Positions 1 through 12,200 of a DNA stretch of 64,000 nucleotides are shown here, one piece after another. Both the position numbers and the translations under genes were made by a program. Position 1 is the first letter of the stretch. The number at the start of each line of letters is the position of its first letter. The stretch is from Bugula neritina (Eukaryota; Animalia; Bryozoa). The DNA is taken from positions 8,041,929 through 8,105,928 of the forward strand of contig OZ037769.1 in the NCBI GenBank assembly GCA_964035545.1, given 5' to 3'. Under the pieces are notes generated by a model. The model was given only the letters and a program-made list of their open reading frames with translations, was not told the origin of the DNA and searched no databases.

Positions 1-3000
1 TCTCTCAGCTTCGCCATTGGCTTTTGGATATCTTGGAGAGCTGGTCACGTGTTGAAAACCATAACTCTGGGCAAATTCTTGGAACTCCCTAGAGCTGAAC
101 TGAGGTCCATTGTCAGAAATGACTACCTCGGGAATTCCATGAGTTGAGAAGATGGATTTAATTTTGTCCACAGTGAATGCTGAAGACAGCGAGTCTAATC
201 TCCTAACTTCTATGTATCTGCTATGATAATCGACCACTAATAGATAGTTCTTTTTCTGGAACTCGAACAGGTCTGCACCTAACTTTATCCAGGGTTTAGA
301 TGGCAAGGTGGATGGCTGCAGAGGCTCTACCGGGGTCGGTGAGTTAATTCTGCACTGTCGACACCCCTGCACCATTTCCTTTATTTGTTTAGACATTCCC
401 GGCCACCAGATAGCTCTTCTGGCTCTTGCCTGGCATTTTACTATTCCTTGATGGGCCTGGTGAATGCGGTCAAGCAGTTTTAGTCTTAAATTGCTAGGGA
501 TGACTAGCCGCTGATCATATAAGAGAAGGCCTTTAGATTGTGTCAAATGTCCTTTGACATCCCAGTAAGGGTGTACTGCTGTGTGGGCATCTGTTTTATA
601 TGTAGGCCATCCTTTTATGATGAGGTTCTGGACCTCTTGGCACACGGCATCTAGTTGTTGTGCCTCCTTGATTTCTTCGATCATCGGATCTATCGAAGGT
701 ATAATGGAAGTGCTAGCTTCTAGCTCTTCAACCAGCATCACATCTATGCGAGATGGTATACCAGAGGGTGCTCGCGACAATGCATCTGCTACGTGGTTGC
801 GAGACCCTGGGATATACTCTATTTTTGGAGCATACCTCATGAGCCGCAGTCTCAATCGGAGAATCCTGGCTGGCACTTGGTCTAAGTCTTTTACACCCAT
901 AAGCCTAACCAAAGGCTTGTGATCCGTCTCTAGAGTGAAAGGTAATCCTCTTAAAAACTGATCAAGCTTGTTGCATGCCCAAGCCATTGCCAATGCCTCC
1001 TTTTCTATTGCGGCGTAATTTTGTTCCACTGAGGTTAAAGACCTTGATGCGTAGTATACTGGCCTCCTTGTCCCATCCTTTTGTATTTGGAACATAGCAG
1101 CTCCAAGTCCAGTGTTGCTAGCATCAGTGGCAACAATTGTTTTCAGCTTGGGATCATAGTGTGCTATGACCTGAGCAGACATCAGTGTTTGCTTTACCTT
1201 TTGGAAAGCTTCCTCTTGAGGTTGATTCCATGTCCAAGCCTTACTTTCCTTTAGTAACTCTCTCATGGGAGCTGTGATTTCAGACAGGTGAGGGATAAAC
1301 TTAGCTAGCTGATTCAGCATACCATTTAGTCGTCTCAACTCTGTCTTACAGGTAGGGGCTGGAAAGTCACGTATTGATGCGACTTTATCCGGGTCAGGGC
1401 TGACTCCTTTAGCATCTATAATGTGGCCTAAAAACTTCACTTGAGCTTGGCCAATCTCACACTTGTCTTCATTCAATGTGAGTCCTGCTTCTTCCAGTCT
1501 GCTTAAAACCAGCTTTAAGGTTTTATCGTGGCTTTCTGCATCTTTACCATGAACTAGAATATCGTCCATGTGACAGATGACATTCTCTATGTCGCCTAAT
1601 AGTCTGCACATAGCTCGAGAAAAGATCTCCGGTGCACTAGATATTCCAAATGGAAGTCTGTTGAAACAGAACCGGCCAAAAGGTGTGAGGACGGTAGTCA
1701 GTTTTCTTGACTCCTTGTCCAAGTGTATTTGCCAGAACCCACTATTGGCATCTAGCTTTGAGAAGATTTTACTTGCCCCCAACAGTCCAATACTTTCATC
1801 GACTGCTGGCATTGGATAGATTTCCCTTCTAACTGCTTTATTCAGGCCAGTCAGGTCCACACACACGCGTACATCTCCTGATGGTTTGAGGACTGGGACC
1901 ATTCCACTACACCACTCTGTAGCTTCTGTTACGGGAGAGATAACTCCTTGTTGCGCCATCTCATCTAGCTTTTTCTTAGTTTTGTCTCGTAATGGAATGG
2001 GAATTTTCCTTGGAGTGTAGATGCATGTTGGCTGGTAATCTGGAATTAGTGATATTCTGTATGAGTATCCCTTGAGTGTTCCAAGGCCTTTAAATAGCTT
2101 TGAGAAGCCTGTGTGGATGTCTTTGGTTATTTCCCCTTGCTGCTTTACTTGGCATGTTATCAGTCCTAACTTTTCACAAGCAGTTCTACCGAGTAGAGAG
2201 GTTGACTGATTTTGAATTACGTAGGCTGTCTCCTTGTACTTCTGACTTTTATATTGAAGATCTGCCTCAAAAGTTCCTAAGACTTGGAGTTGCTTTCCTC
2301 CAGGTCCATATAAGCGGACTCCTGTAGTTTGCAGTGAAATAGTAGACAGCCAAGGTAGTTTGTCACTGACTACTGTACCATCTGCACCTGTATCGAGCTT
2401 GAAAGTAGTACAGTTACCATTTACTGCTACTTCGGCTTTCCAAGCATCCACAGTTAGGTTTTCTATTTTGAACTCTCCTGTGAACATTATACCATCGTCA
2501 TTACTTGCTTCGGTCACCTCCTGGATGGATCTACTTCTGCATTGCCGCTGGAAGTGGCCTACTTTCTTGCACTTCCTGCATTGAGCATCCTTAGCTGGGC
2601 ATTCCGCTTTTGAATGTGGTTCCTTACCGCACCTTTTACAATGATCCTGGCTGTTTGTAGGCTTGTACATCTGAGAGTTAACTGGCAGCTGAACAGCACC
2701 TCCCTGCTTGCGTGTATAGCTTGGTTTGCTTTGCTTATATTTAGGGTAGCTGCTTTGTACTTTACTTATAGCATCTACAGACCCTGAGCTTGCTCCTTTT
2801 GTTACACTTTGCATCACAGTTGAAGTGACTTCACTGCTCCTACAAATACGTACTGCCTGGTCTAGTGTTAAAGTGTTACCTTGAGAAATCAATTTCTTTC
2901 TAAGAGAGTCATCTCTAATTCCTAGAACAATTCGATCTCTCAGCATCTCATCAAATGGTGCTGGTGCCTCATCAGTGGCAGGTCGGTAATTAAATCCACA

Positions 3001-3405
3001 TTTATCTGCTAGCGCACGTAATTCTGAGTAAAAAGCATCAAAATTCTCTCCTTGTAATTGACACCTTGTATTAAATTTATAACGTTCGTGCACTATATTT
3101 CGTTCTCCTACACAGTATTGCTCCAAAATGTCTATTATCGCTGCTAGACTCTTATCATTCTGATATTTGTGACTTGACTCTACCACTCGGCATGCATCAT
3201 CACCAATTGTATATAATAGCAATGCTCTCTGGTACTCATCACTTTCCTCCGAAAGTCTAGACAGAATGTAAAACGACTGCCACCGGCTTTTAAATCTTCT
3301 GAAGTTTTGCTCACGCTCACAATTCAAAACGATCTCACCTGGTGGTTCGATTCTGGGTGCATTCCTATGCACAATTATTTGTTGCTGAACTTCTTCATCG
3401 CCCAT
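1..3405 (-). CDS. gag-pol polyprotein, single frame, 3'-partial
   Basis: ATG at 3405 (MGDEEVQQQ). Two zinc knuckles CKRCGKEPHSKAEC and CRKCKKVGHFQRQC (~2560-2640), protease FKLDTGAD (~2380-2403), RT VICHMDDILV (~1553-1582), integrase SSPRYPKANGEAER (1-42) in the same frame as the ATG. No stop-terminated minus ORFs are listed here, consistent with one open frame leaving the window. Confidence 0.92.
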   Translation of the reverse strand, partial: MGDEEVQQQIIVHRNAPRIEPPGEIVLNCEREQNFRRFKSRWQSFYILSRLSEESDEYQRALLLYTIGDDACRVVESSHKYQNDKSLAAIIDILEQYCVGERNIVHERYKFNTRCQLQGENFDAFYSELRALADKCGFNYRPATDEAPAPFDEMLRDRIVLGIRDDSLRKKLISQGNTLTLDQAVRICRSSEVTSTVMQSVTKGASSGSVDAISKVQSSYPKYKQSKPSYTRKQGGAVQLPVNSQMYKPTNSQDHCKRCGKEPHSKAECPAKDAQCRKCKKVGHFQRQCRSRSIQEVTEASNDDGIMFTGEFKIENLTVDAWKAEVAVNGNCTTFKLDTGADGTVVSDKLPWLSTISLQTTGVRLYGPGGKQLQVLGTFEADLQYKSQKYKETAYVIQNQSTSLLGRTACEKLGLITCQVKQQGEITKDIHTGFSKLFKGLGTLKGYSYRISLIPDYQPTCIYTPRKIPIPLRDKTKKKLDEMAQQGVISPVTEATEWCSGMVPVLKPSGDVRVCVDLTGLNKAVRREIYPMPAVDESIGLLGASKIFSKLDANSGFWQIHLDKESRKLTTVLTPFGRFCFNRLPFGISSAPEIFSRAMCRLLGDIENVICHMDDILVHGKDAESHDKTLKLVLSRLEEAGLTLNEDKCEIGQAQVKFLGHIIDAKGVSPDPDKVASIRDFPAPTCKTELRRLNGMLNQLAKFIPHLSEITAPMRELLKESKAWTWNQPQEEAFQKVKQTLMSAQVIAHYDPKLKTIVATDASNTGLGAAMFQIQKDGTRRPVYYASRSLTSVEQNYAAIEKEALAMAWACNKLDQFLRGLPFTLETDHKPLVRLMGVKDLDQVPARILRLRLRLMRYAPKIEYIPGSRNHVADALSRAPSGIPSRIDVMLVEELEASTSIIPSIDPMIEEIKEAQQLDAVCQEVQNLIIKGWPTYKTDAHTAVHPYWDVKGHLTQSKGLLLYDQRLVIPSNLRLKLLDRIHQAHQGIVKCQARARRAIWWPGMSKQIKEMVQGCRQCRINSPTPVEPLQPSTLPSKPWIKLGADLFEFQKKNYLLVVDYHSRYIEVRRLDSLSSAFTVDKIKSIFSTHGIPEVVISDNGPQFSSREFQEFAQSYGFQHVTSSPRYPKANGEAER

Positions 3406-3410
3406 TATTA

Positions 3411-3429
3411 GTTTTAACTGCTGCCACCA
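3411..3429 (-). promoter_or_regulatory. Primer-binding site, tRNA-Leu type
   Basis: The - strand reads TGGTGGCAGCAG immediately after the LTR end (...CACACA), complementary to a tRNA 3' end ...CUGCCACCA. Confidence 0.8.
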
Positions 3430-3575
3430 TGTGTGATTGGTGCGTAAGAGTACAACAAAGTTGGATTGAGTCTAAGCTGATAATTATCGTGATTTATTTC
3501 AATTCTAGCTAGTAGGAAAATCCCCGAGCTCAACGAGTCTCGCGGTAAGATAATAGCGAGTCAAACAACACAACA
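3430..3575 (-). repeat. 5' LTR (~146 bp)
   Basis: The - strand reads TGTTGTGTTG...AATAAA...CACACA and abuts the PBS. The outer boundary is inferred because the partner LTR is outside the window. Confidence 0.65.
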
Positions 3576-4092
3576 ATAATGATAATCATAATGTCAGTGT
3601 GATCCAAGGAAGTCGCTGACAGTGGCTGAGGTTTAGGTTAAATCATTTTCATTTTGTAGTTGATTAGTTATAATTAAATTTACTATAAAAATGTTATGAA
3701 TGTAGTGATTACCCTCTTTGAATTTGATCATCAACATGATCATAGTGATGTTCCAAATATAATTCTATTCATCTAGGATAACACAGTAACAATAGATTAT
3801 TGTTACTCACTAACAGTTGATGTGAATTAATGTTTTGGATGCTTTTTATTCATATTGATAGCTGATACGTGAATTATTCAATTACTATTGGTGATATATT
3901 TATATATCACACTTAAAGTCAATCATAGTTATTAAATGATCATACTAATACTCCTAATAGTATTTGAGTAATGGTGATACTAATCCCCTTAATTGATACT
4001 GATAGTCACAATGACGAATGCAATGAATGACTAAGTTTGAAATATTTACTATCATATTGATTATCATATACTAATACTTATACTATAAGTAT

Positions 4093-4628
4093 CAGGGTTG
4101 GGGTAATTGTAATTTGTAATTGTAATTGGTTGTAATTAATTACATTTTTATCAAGTAATTAAATGTAATTTGTAATTGTATAAAAATGTAATTGTAATTG
4201 TTATTGTAATTAATTATATGCTAATGTAATACTAATTGAATTTTGCAAATACTTTATAGTTACATAACAATTACTTCAAATTTTAAAATTCATATTTTAC
4301 CTGCCTTGCCTACTGTTTAATAAAAAGTTCAAATTAATTTACTGTGGTATTTATCACACTATTCGTTACTGTTGAGAACAAGGAAAGTTTTCCGTTGTCA
4401 AAATTGCCCTGGGTAGTTGGATTTCAGAAGTGAGATTATATAACTTTTATTTGTCTCTTGTGAGAACAAAAGTAATTGTAATTGTAATTAATTACATTAC
4501 CATGTAATTGTAATTGTAATTAATTGCATTTATTTCAACTGTAATTTTAATTGTAATAGTAATTGACAAATTCTCACGTAATTGTAATTGTAATTAGTTA
4601 CATTCATATGTAATTGACCTCAGCCCTG
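4093..4628. mobile_element. Non-autonomous hAT element (MITE) with TAATTG subterminal repeats
   Basis: TIRs CAGGGTTGGGGTAATT / AATTGACCTCAGCCCTG; perfect 8-bp TSD ATAAGTAT at 4085-4092 and 4629-4636. Confidence 0.92.
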
Positions 4629-4991
4629 ATAAGTATAGGTATTAACAAGATTATATGTTATAGGAATAGTTATACTAATACTTATACTAGTACTTATAAT
4701 TATTTTATTATTATTATATAGTCATAATGCTAATCATTATGGTTATGGGAATTTATATAATTGTCATAAATGTTGATCTTAATATAAGTATTTAGTCTTA
4801 CAATTATTATAATTCTCATTATGAAAATTTATTTTTTATAAACTGAATGAGTTTGACTTGAGGCTAAAAAATTATAGTCGCTATTCCTGTGAAAACCCCT
4901 GATAAAAAAGTTTTTTTTAAAGTGGGCTAAAGACTTATTCATATGTGGCACACGAGTAATTATGATTAGGTGTTCTTTCTAGCATCACCAA

Positions 4992-5069
4992 TTGCCTTCA
5001 CTTGGGTAAGAACCCATGACATCGTGTTTGCTAAGCCAATGCTGTAACGCCTAAACCACTGCTGCTCCC
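4992..5069 (-). mobile_element. tRNA-derived SINE head, degenerate
   Basis: A-box-like TGGTTTAGGCG and B-box-like GGGTTCTTACCC; ends GTGAAGGCAA like the copy at 48655-48728. Confidence 0.45.
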
Positions 5070-6230
5070 TGACTTGAGTCTATGCCTAAGCCTGACTGTA
5101 CAAAGTCAATGTAGTTGGAATCGCCATTAATTGTATCTTTAGGACATTTACTGTAATTATCATGGTGAAACAAAATGAAGTGAAATCGAATTCGATGTTC
5201 CAATTAGTAATAGTCATAATAATCATTTTAAAACTTCCTAATGCTAGTAAATTATAATGATAATCATTATGATTCTTGGTACCTGACCTAATGAAAATAA
5301 CAGCACTATAACAACATCTGATAGTACAAAGTTTATAAAAGCTTCTTACATTGTGTTTGTTGAGATTTGTAGCACATTCTATAATCTATATATATATATA
5401 TATGAGTACAACATGTAGCCAATTCGCTGTTGTCAAGTGTTTTAAGGTTCTCAGGTCCATAAAAATTCAGAGGGAAAATGTTGTGAATGCTTTTGATAAT
5501 TTGTTGAAGGCTTTTGATAATATATGTACAAATATATTCTTATTGTTCTGGAAATCAAATAATTCATGATTGATTGGTTTGATTTTGTTAACTTACCATA
5601 AGCTGATAATCGAGTTTCATATGTCTTTTTGTATTCCCAATATTGATAATATTCTGTACGTTTTTTTACTGATGTACAAAAGCCTTCAGCTAAAGTTGAG
5701 TCACTGAGGCCATTTTTATATTTTATGTCCTAGTAATTTGATTTTCAACACGTTTATTGTTCTTACAGGTGTTTTTGCTCATCAAATTCCTGAATCTGTT
5801 ATTATATTCGTAAATCCGCTTACATGGACTAAGGTATGCAATTGAAATTTGGTGTTTATGAGTGTATCACAAAATATTTTCCTTGCAAATTGGTAACTTT
5901 AAAGGTGGCATGCTAATCAAACTTCAAGTTGGACTTCATAATTACACTGAAATATTTTGTCTCTTTCACTAAGACGAGAGTGGTATCAATAATAGTATAT
6001 ACTGGGGTTAGATTTGAAAGTATTAAAGTTTGGCGGGCATCGTTAAACTGTAAAATATCATATATCATAAATATCTTTTTATTTCACGATCAATAATTTA
6101 AGAATTTTAGCGTTTTACAAATGATTTGAAGTTTATTTTGTGTAAGTTAACTGTGTCAACCATTTATGCATAGATAGTTTGGCTATTCCTAGCATTTATT
6201 TCTCGAGCTTTATCTTATAGTAAAAGATTC

Positions 6231-9200
6231 ATGTCTTCAAGCAAGCTAAAATCGTCTCGCCATTACTCAGATAGTGAGGATGATGATAGGAAAGCTACAA
6301 AATCCTCTGTATTTGAACGTCTCGGCTCATCGAAAACCTCTTCTGGTAACCATTATTTTTAACACATTATTGTGTATCATAAATATTGGTTTAGATTTTT
6401 AGCAGTAGGCCTACTGGTAGATATTGCTTACAGTAATTTGCGTTGACAGATCATAAGTCAAGTTCGAAGCGGAAGTCGGGTTCAGTGAGCACGAAACCTG
6501 ATAGCAAGACTTACGATCGTCGCGAGTATGACGACAACTATGGAAAGGAGAGAGGCAGGCACTACTCTAAAGGTAAAGATCATGATCGGAGTAGCGACCG
6601 TTCTCATGACAGAGATAGGTATAATGAACGAAGTTCTAAATATGACAAAGACTATGACCACAGCCGTGGTAGACACTACAAATTTCCATCTAAGGTAATT
6701 TATGCATTACTGCAGGATTGTAGTGTTGAGGAATTGTGAGTATATTTTTGACTGATACCATCCTACTCATGTTCTAAACATTGTTTTGTTATAGGATTGT
6801 AGCTGTTAACATGTTTTAGGGAAAGCATTCTGGTTTCAAATACAATACTAGTGATGTTGTGTTTTTAGAAGGATTCAGAAAAAAGTGAGCCCTGTAAGTT
6901 TTTGTTTAAGAATGACTTCTGTAACTACGGTGACAATTGCATCTTTTATCACAACCGAGAGAGGTTTGAGCGAGAGTTTCCTGACGGCATCAGGTGAGTA
7001 TATTTTATCACCTGTCAATTTTAAACATGACAATATTCAAAACGATGCCAATGAGCCGCATTATTGTGTTGACGACATAGTAAATTTTTTTATTACTAAA
7101 GCACGTCTAGCTTTAAAGAAGTTATTAAATTTTAGCCAACAAAAGTGACCGATCAATCAATTTTGAGATTTTAAAAAAGAACATTTAATATAGTCCTAGA
7201 ATAAGGACAGATTAGTCTGAAAGAATGAATTAGTTGAGGCAGTGAAAAACATAATCTGAATACCAGGATGCTGCCTGTTTCCTTTCACATAAATTGAGTG
7301 TCACTTGAAAATGCTGGAAGCACATGAGTTAGGTGTTACCTTACAATGTCAGAAGCACATAAGTTGGGTGTTACCTGACAATGCCAGCAGGTTCAGTTAG
7401 CTGAATCATACCGCGTGTCATCTTAATTGTATGGTAGAGACAGTCACGGTGGAGGAAAAGGCAGCCACTTCCATAGACAGGGCTCTGACAGAGACTACCA
7501 TCACAGGTCTCGGGATGAGTACCGGCAGTCGGATTACTCTGAAAGTCGAAGAAAAGATTACTCATCCTCTCCGGAGGTTAGTTTTTTAGCTTGTAATGTG
7601 TGATGCTTGGACACGATTGAGAGTTCTTTTTCCCTGATTAATTAATGTGAAATTCTAGTTGATATGTATTATGTTTAATACATTTGTGTAAAAATTAAAT
7701 TTATCCAAAGAAATGAACCTTTTATTGATCTATTTCTGATTTATATTTACAGAGATCTGGGAGCTCAGATAAACATATAAAGTCTAGAATAACAGCTGCC
7801 CCAAAGGAGGCCAAGTATGAGAGTGATGAATCATCCGTAACTGATGTTGGTATGTTTATTATGCCTTGTAGTAACTAGGTGAATGTTTTCTTGTGAACTG
7901 AATGTTTGTACCATATCTCATAGTTGTGCTTCTGTGTGCTGGTAGTTGCTGATTATTTTCTGGTTTGTAGCGGACATGAAGGCACTGGATGAAAAGCTGC
8001 AGAAATACAAAGAGATATCAAGTAAACAATCTCTGGATGTAAGTTAAGAGTTGACAGCTCCTATGTAGAAAATGCTGCTCATAGTCGTGTAAACTACATC
8101 TGGTGACAGTCTATTTAATCTAGTCTACATGATTCATTGGGAACTGTTATGTCACTAATTTACCAAAACAATGAGTTGCTTGTTTTAGACATTCCTGCTA
8201 GCAAGTGTGTAGTTCTAAACCTTTCCAGCCGTTTTAGCTCGTTGGGTTTTTAATCAAATAAACTGCTTGTCATTTACTCATTTCAAATGTACTTGAAAAC
8301 TAACGGTCTGTATTTAATAAAAGATCTTTTACCGCAAGTAGTGACTTAAAGTATTAATAACTATCTAGGTAAGCTCAAAAGTTTGAATTGTCATTATTCA
8401 AAACTTCATATAAATTATGTTAATTAGTACAACTTTGCAAGGCATGGAGTTGAAATTAACGAAAATTTCCAATGGTATGTTGTAGATTGTATCACCTAAA
8501 AAATCTGGCCCTAAAACCCCTCCTTCTGAAAGGTAGGCCTTTTATTAGTTTCTTTTTTAAAGTAGTATTGGTGTTCGATTCGGCTTGCAATTCTATTACC
8601 ATAATTGTTAGTTACATGTTGATTATGTTCAGGGACACATCACCACCAGAAGTAAAAGAAAAAGAGAAAGTTGTTAAAAAGAAAGTCAAGAAAAAGACCT
8701 CTGCAGGGTCCCAGAGTGTTGAAACGTCAAAGAAGAAGAAGTAAGCCTAATCATGCAGTACGCATATCTGTACAACTGCAACTACATATATTTTAGCTAT
8801 AATAAACCTGTGCTCATACATCTCCACGTAGACCTGGAACTATGTATATGTTAGCTATACATCTGTACTCATACATCTTCATGTAGAACTGAAACTATGT
8901 ATATGTTAGCTATACATCTGCACTCATATATCTCCATGTAGAGCTGGAACTATGTATATGTTAGCTATATATCTGTACTCATACATCTCCATGTAGAACT
9001 GGAACTATGTATATGTTAGCTATATACCTGTACTCATACACCTCTATGTAGAACTGAAACTAAGAAGAAAGTGAAGGAAAGAAGTGCGTCTGTTGAACTA
9101 GCTACCGTCACCGAGTCTTCCCAAAAGGCTCCTGCATCTGGTACAGTGCAAGCTACGGAAAAGAAGAAGAAGAAAGTGAAATCCTCAGGGTGTGTTCTTA

Positions 9201-12200
9201 TATCTCATGTCATTAGGGTTTGGTGTTGATAAATAATCAACATTTAAATATAATTGTAATCATATCGAAAGCAATGTAGCTCTGAGACTATAGAAGGAAG
9301 TGTACTTAAGTTACCTAATGTGTATGATATGCCTATTATACATGGCTATTCAATAGGTTATTCACCAACGTCAAAATGGCTGCCGAATATCTATCAATCA
9401 TGAGGCGGAATATCTTTAAGCAGAAGAGAGCTGTTTGGAAGTCTAGCTTCTTACAGTTTGCATTGGATAGAGTTTTCAGAAACATAAAATGAATCTATAT
9501 TAAAGAGAAACTTTGTTTTCAAGTGTCACTTGATTTTTAGCCAAATGTACAAAACTAACCATCATTTATTGGGACTGACAACAATTGTTTCAGTTATGCA
9601 GCTCAGATATGTGTTGGGTTTTTCTAACTTGCTAAGTCTATCATGGAAATTAAATCCTTCGCTTAGTACCGATGGCAGTTTCTGTTTGTAGGGAGAAGGT
9701 TTCTAAGACTACTACTAAAGTTGTTAAGAAGAAGGCCAAGAGCAAAGCTAAGTTAGTTATTTTATTCCATAAGACTATATATCAAGTCTTGAAGTTAGTA
9801 CTGTTTCAGATGACTAATTTGTATTTGTTTACCAAATAGAGTAACAACTAAGAGCAAGGCAGCCCCTGAAGTTGAGGAGGAACGTGAAAGTTATATTGAA
9901 AAGAAAGAAAAAGTGGACTCGGCACCTGTTAGATCGAGGTACCTTTCAGCTTGTTCATTTATTTATCTGTTGTTAGTACCATTGATTTTTAGCGCTACAA
10001 TTACTACTATATGTGTGATAGTTTGTATTTTTCATGATTTTTATTTACTAATTGTTGCTTTAACCATTGTTGGTCTCAAAAATGTGTTTTGTGTTGACAT
10101 CTTGAACAGATGCTGTGGTGCTTGTGTTGTATGCCACACCTTGACTCACTATGTATAACACTTTCATGTTTGTAGAAAAGCCAAAGCGGAATCTGGTGTA
10201 GCTGAGGGTCGGAGCAAGAAGCTGCTAAAGAAAACAAGATCTGCCAGTAGCAGCAGCAGCGGCAGCAGCAGTAGTAGTAGCTCATCTTCAGGTAGCTGTT
10301 GACCTAGCTGTCTTTCTGCTTGACATCATTATTGCAACCGGGAGTTTCTCTGCTGTTTGTAGTTGGGTAGTTAAGTTTCTCATGTCGTCTTTTATGAAAC
10401 ATGTACTATGATTTGTCATTGGGTTATGAACTTGCAGCTAGGACCCTGTGGTGTTTGTGTCATTCCCCACGTCTATTGTGGTAGAAATAATAAAACTTTA
10501 ACACTGGTTATAGCTGATATCATATATATATACCAATGTTATTACGCATTCGTTAACTTTTTATACTAGCAGTTGAAATGAATGCATTGCAATTAGTTGA
10601 CTCTAAATTCGTTGCTTACGATTTTAGAAATTCTGAACAAGTATTTGTTGTACACCTTAAACTTTGTTTTGATTTGATAACAAACTTGTACACACTGAGT
10701 AATATCTAGGGAAAGCTCAGAAGTTTAAACTTTAGGGAAGTAGTGAATTTCAAATTTGTTAGTTATATAGTTTCTGCTACAGCATGATACACTGTGTTAA
10801 CTCATAAGTATTTCTAAATAACAGTTCTATTGTCAATGTTGTATGATTGACCTGTAGATTCAAGTAGAAGCCGAACTAGAAGCAGGAGTAATCGAGAGTC
10901 GTCTCCCCAACTAAAACCACTGAAACGGGGCCACAAACATGACGCCAAAGATCGCAGCAAGAGCATTTGGGGTTAGTATGTTAAAAGAAACATGTAGGTA
11001 ATAGAAGGTATTAGTTTAAAATTGATATATGTTTGAATGCAATTAGATTGTTATTTGGATACCCTTTAAAGGGGCAACTCCGAGTGAAAAGGCAATTAAT
11101 ACGATTTCAGAAACTTGCGTAGCATTAAGAAAGTCAACTAAAAACACGGATTGGCAGTACTACATGTGGCTATCTTAGTGGACACACATGTCTAGCTTTT
11201 CCACCTTGTACTTAGCATTCTAGCACCTTGTACTTGACATTGACCAGATAAAGTTGTTACCCCTCTTTGTACTATGAGTGAAATGCACCTATTTCCAAAT
11301 TTTATTCTCATATTTTTGTTTCAAAATTTATCAATTTTATATTAGTGAAATGATATCACAGTATATAGAATGTAAACATTTCTAAGATTGTATATGCATT
11401 ATTGAATAGGTACAGTTTTTTAGTGACATGAGAATTTCAACCTTGTCAGCTTTTAGCTTGTACTTATCAACAAGTGGTTAAAAGCAAGAAAAGTGTATGC
11501 ATACGTTTCTATACCCAATTAGTTACTATGTCAGAAAGTCATAGTTTGATTGCCAAGTCTTATACATCAATATTTGGTGGTTTAATGGGACTTCTCATTC
11601 ATATAAACTACAGTGCTTTTATTATTGACAAATGAACAATATTTAAAAGCTAAACCCAATTTGCATTGCAACATTAAAATGCTAATAATTAATGCTAACA
11701 AGGATGTTGTACTAATACACGTGTCAATTGGTGAGGGGGGGGGGGAAACTTTGCACTAAATTGAACTAATAGTCGAATAAATGCTATCCATATTGTTAGC
11801 AAGTTTATAACTAGTTGACTTTGTGGGTGAAGATAATGACAACTCTTTCTTGTTGCCCTTTAGAAGATGCCAGTAGATCAAGGTCAAGGTCTCCCAAGGA
11901 GTCTCTGAGTCATAGGGATAACATTGACTAGTAAGTCATGATTTGTTCATCTTTTATATTTCAAAGTGTATAGACATACATATTTCTCTATTGGTTTGCT
12001 GTGTTCGCTGTATGTTGGTTATGCATGACGGAGTCTTGTGCTTTTCTGCAACCCACTATGAAGTTAAAGACATACTAATGTTTTTTTTTTTGTTTGAATC
12101 AGTGATGAGTCTGCAGACGAAAAAAGCCCCTCGCAGCGTGTAAGCAGTAGCAAAAAGCATTCGCAGGAAGCTTACCTAGACAGCCATGATGAGACTAAGC

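Larger units (their letters stand above)
1..3575 (-). mobile_element. Ty3/gypsy LTR retrotransposon, Mag-like clade; 5' LTR, PBS and gag-pol present, 3' part outside the window
   Basis: Domain order gag-PR-RT-RH-IN on the - strand, short LTR, tRNA-Leu-type PBS. Confidence 0.95.

Noticed and set aside
581-2584. Four + strand ORFs
   Set aside because: Antisense shadows of the gypsy gag-pol frame.
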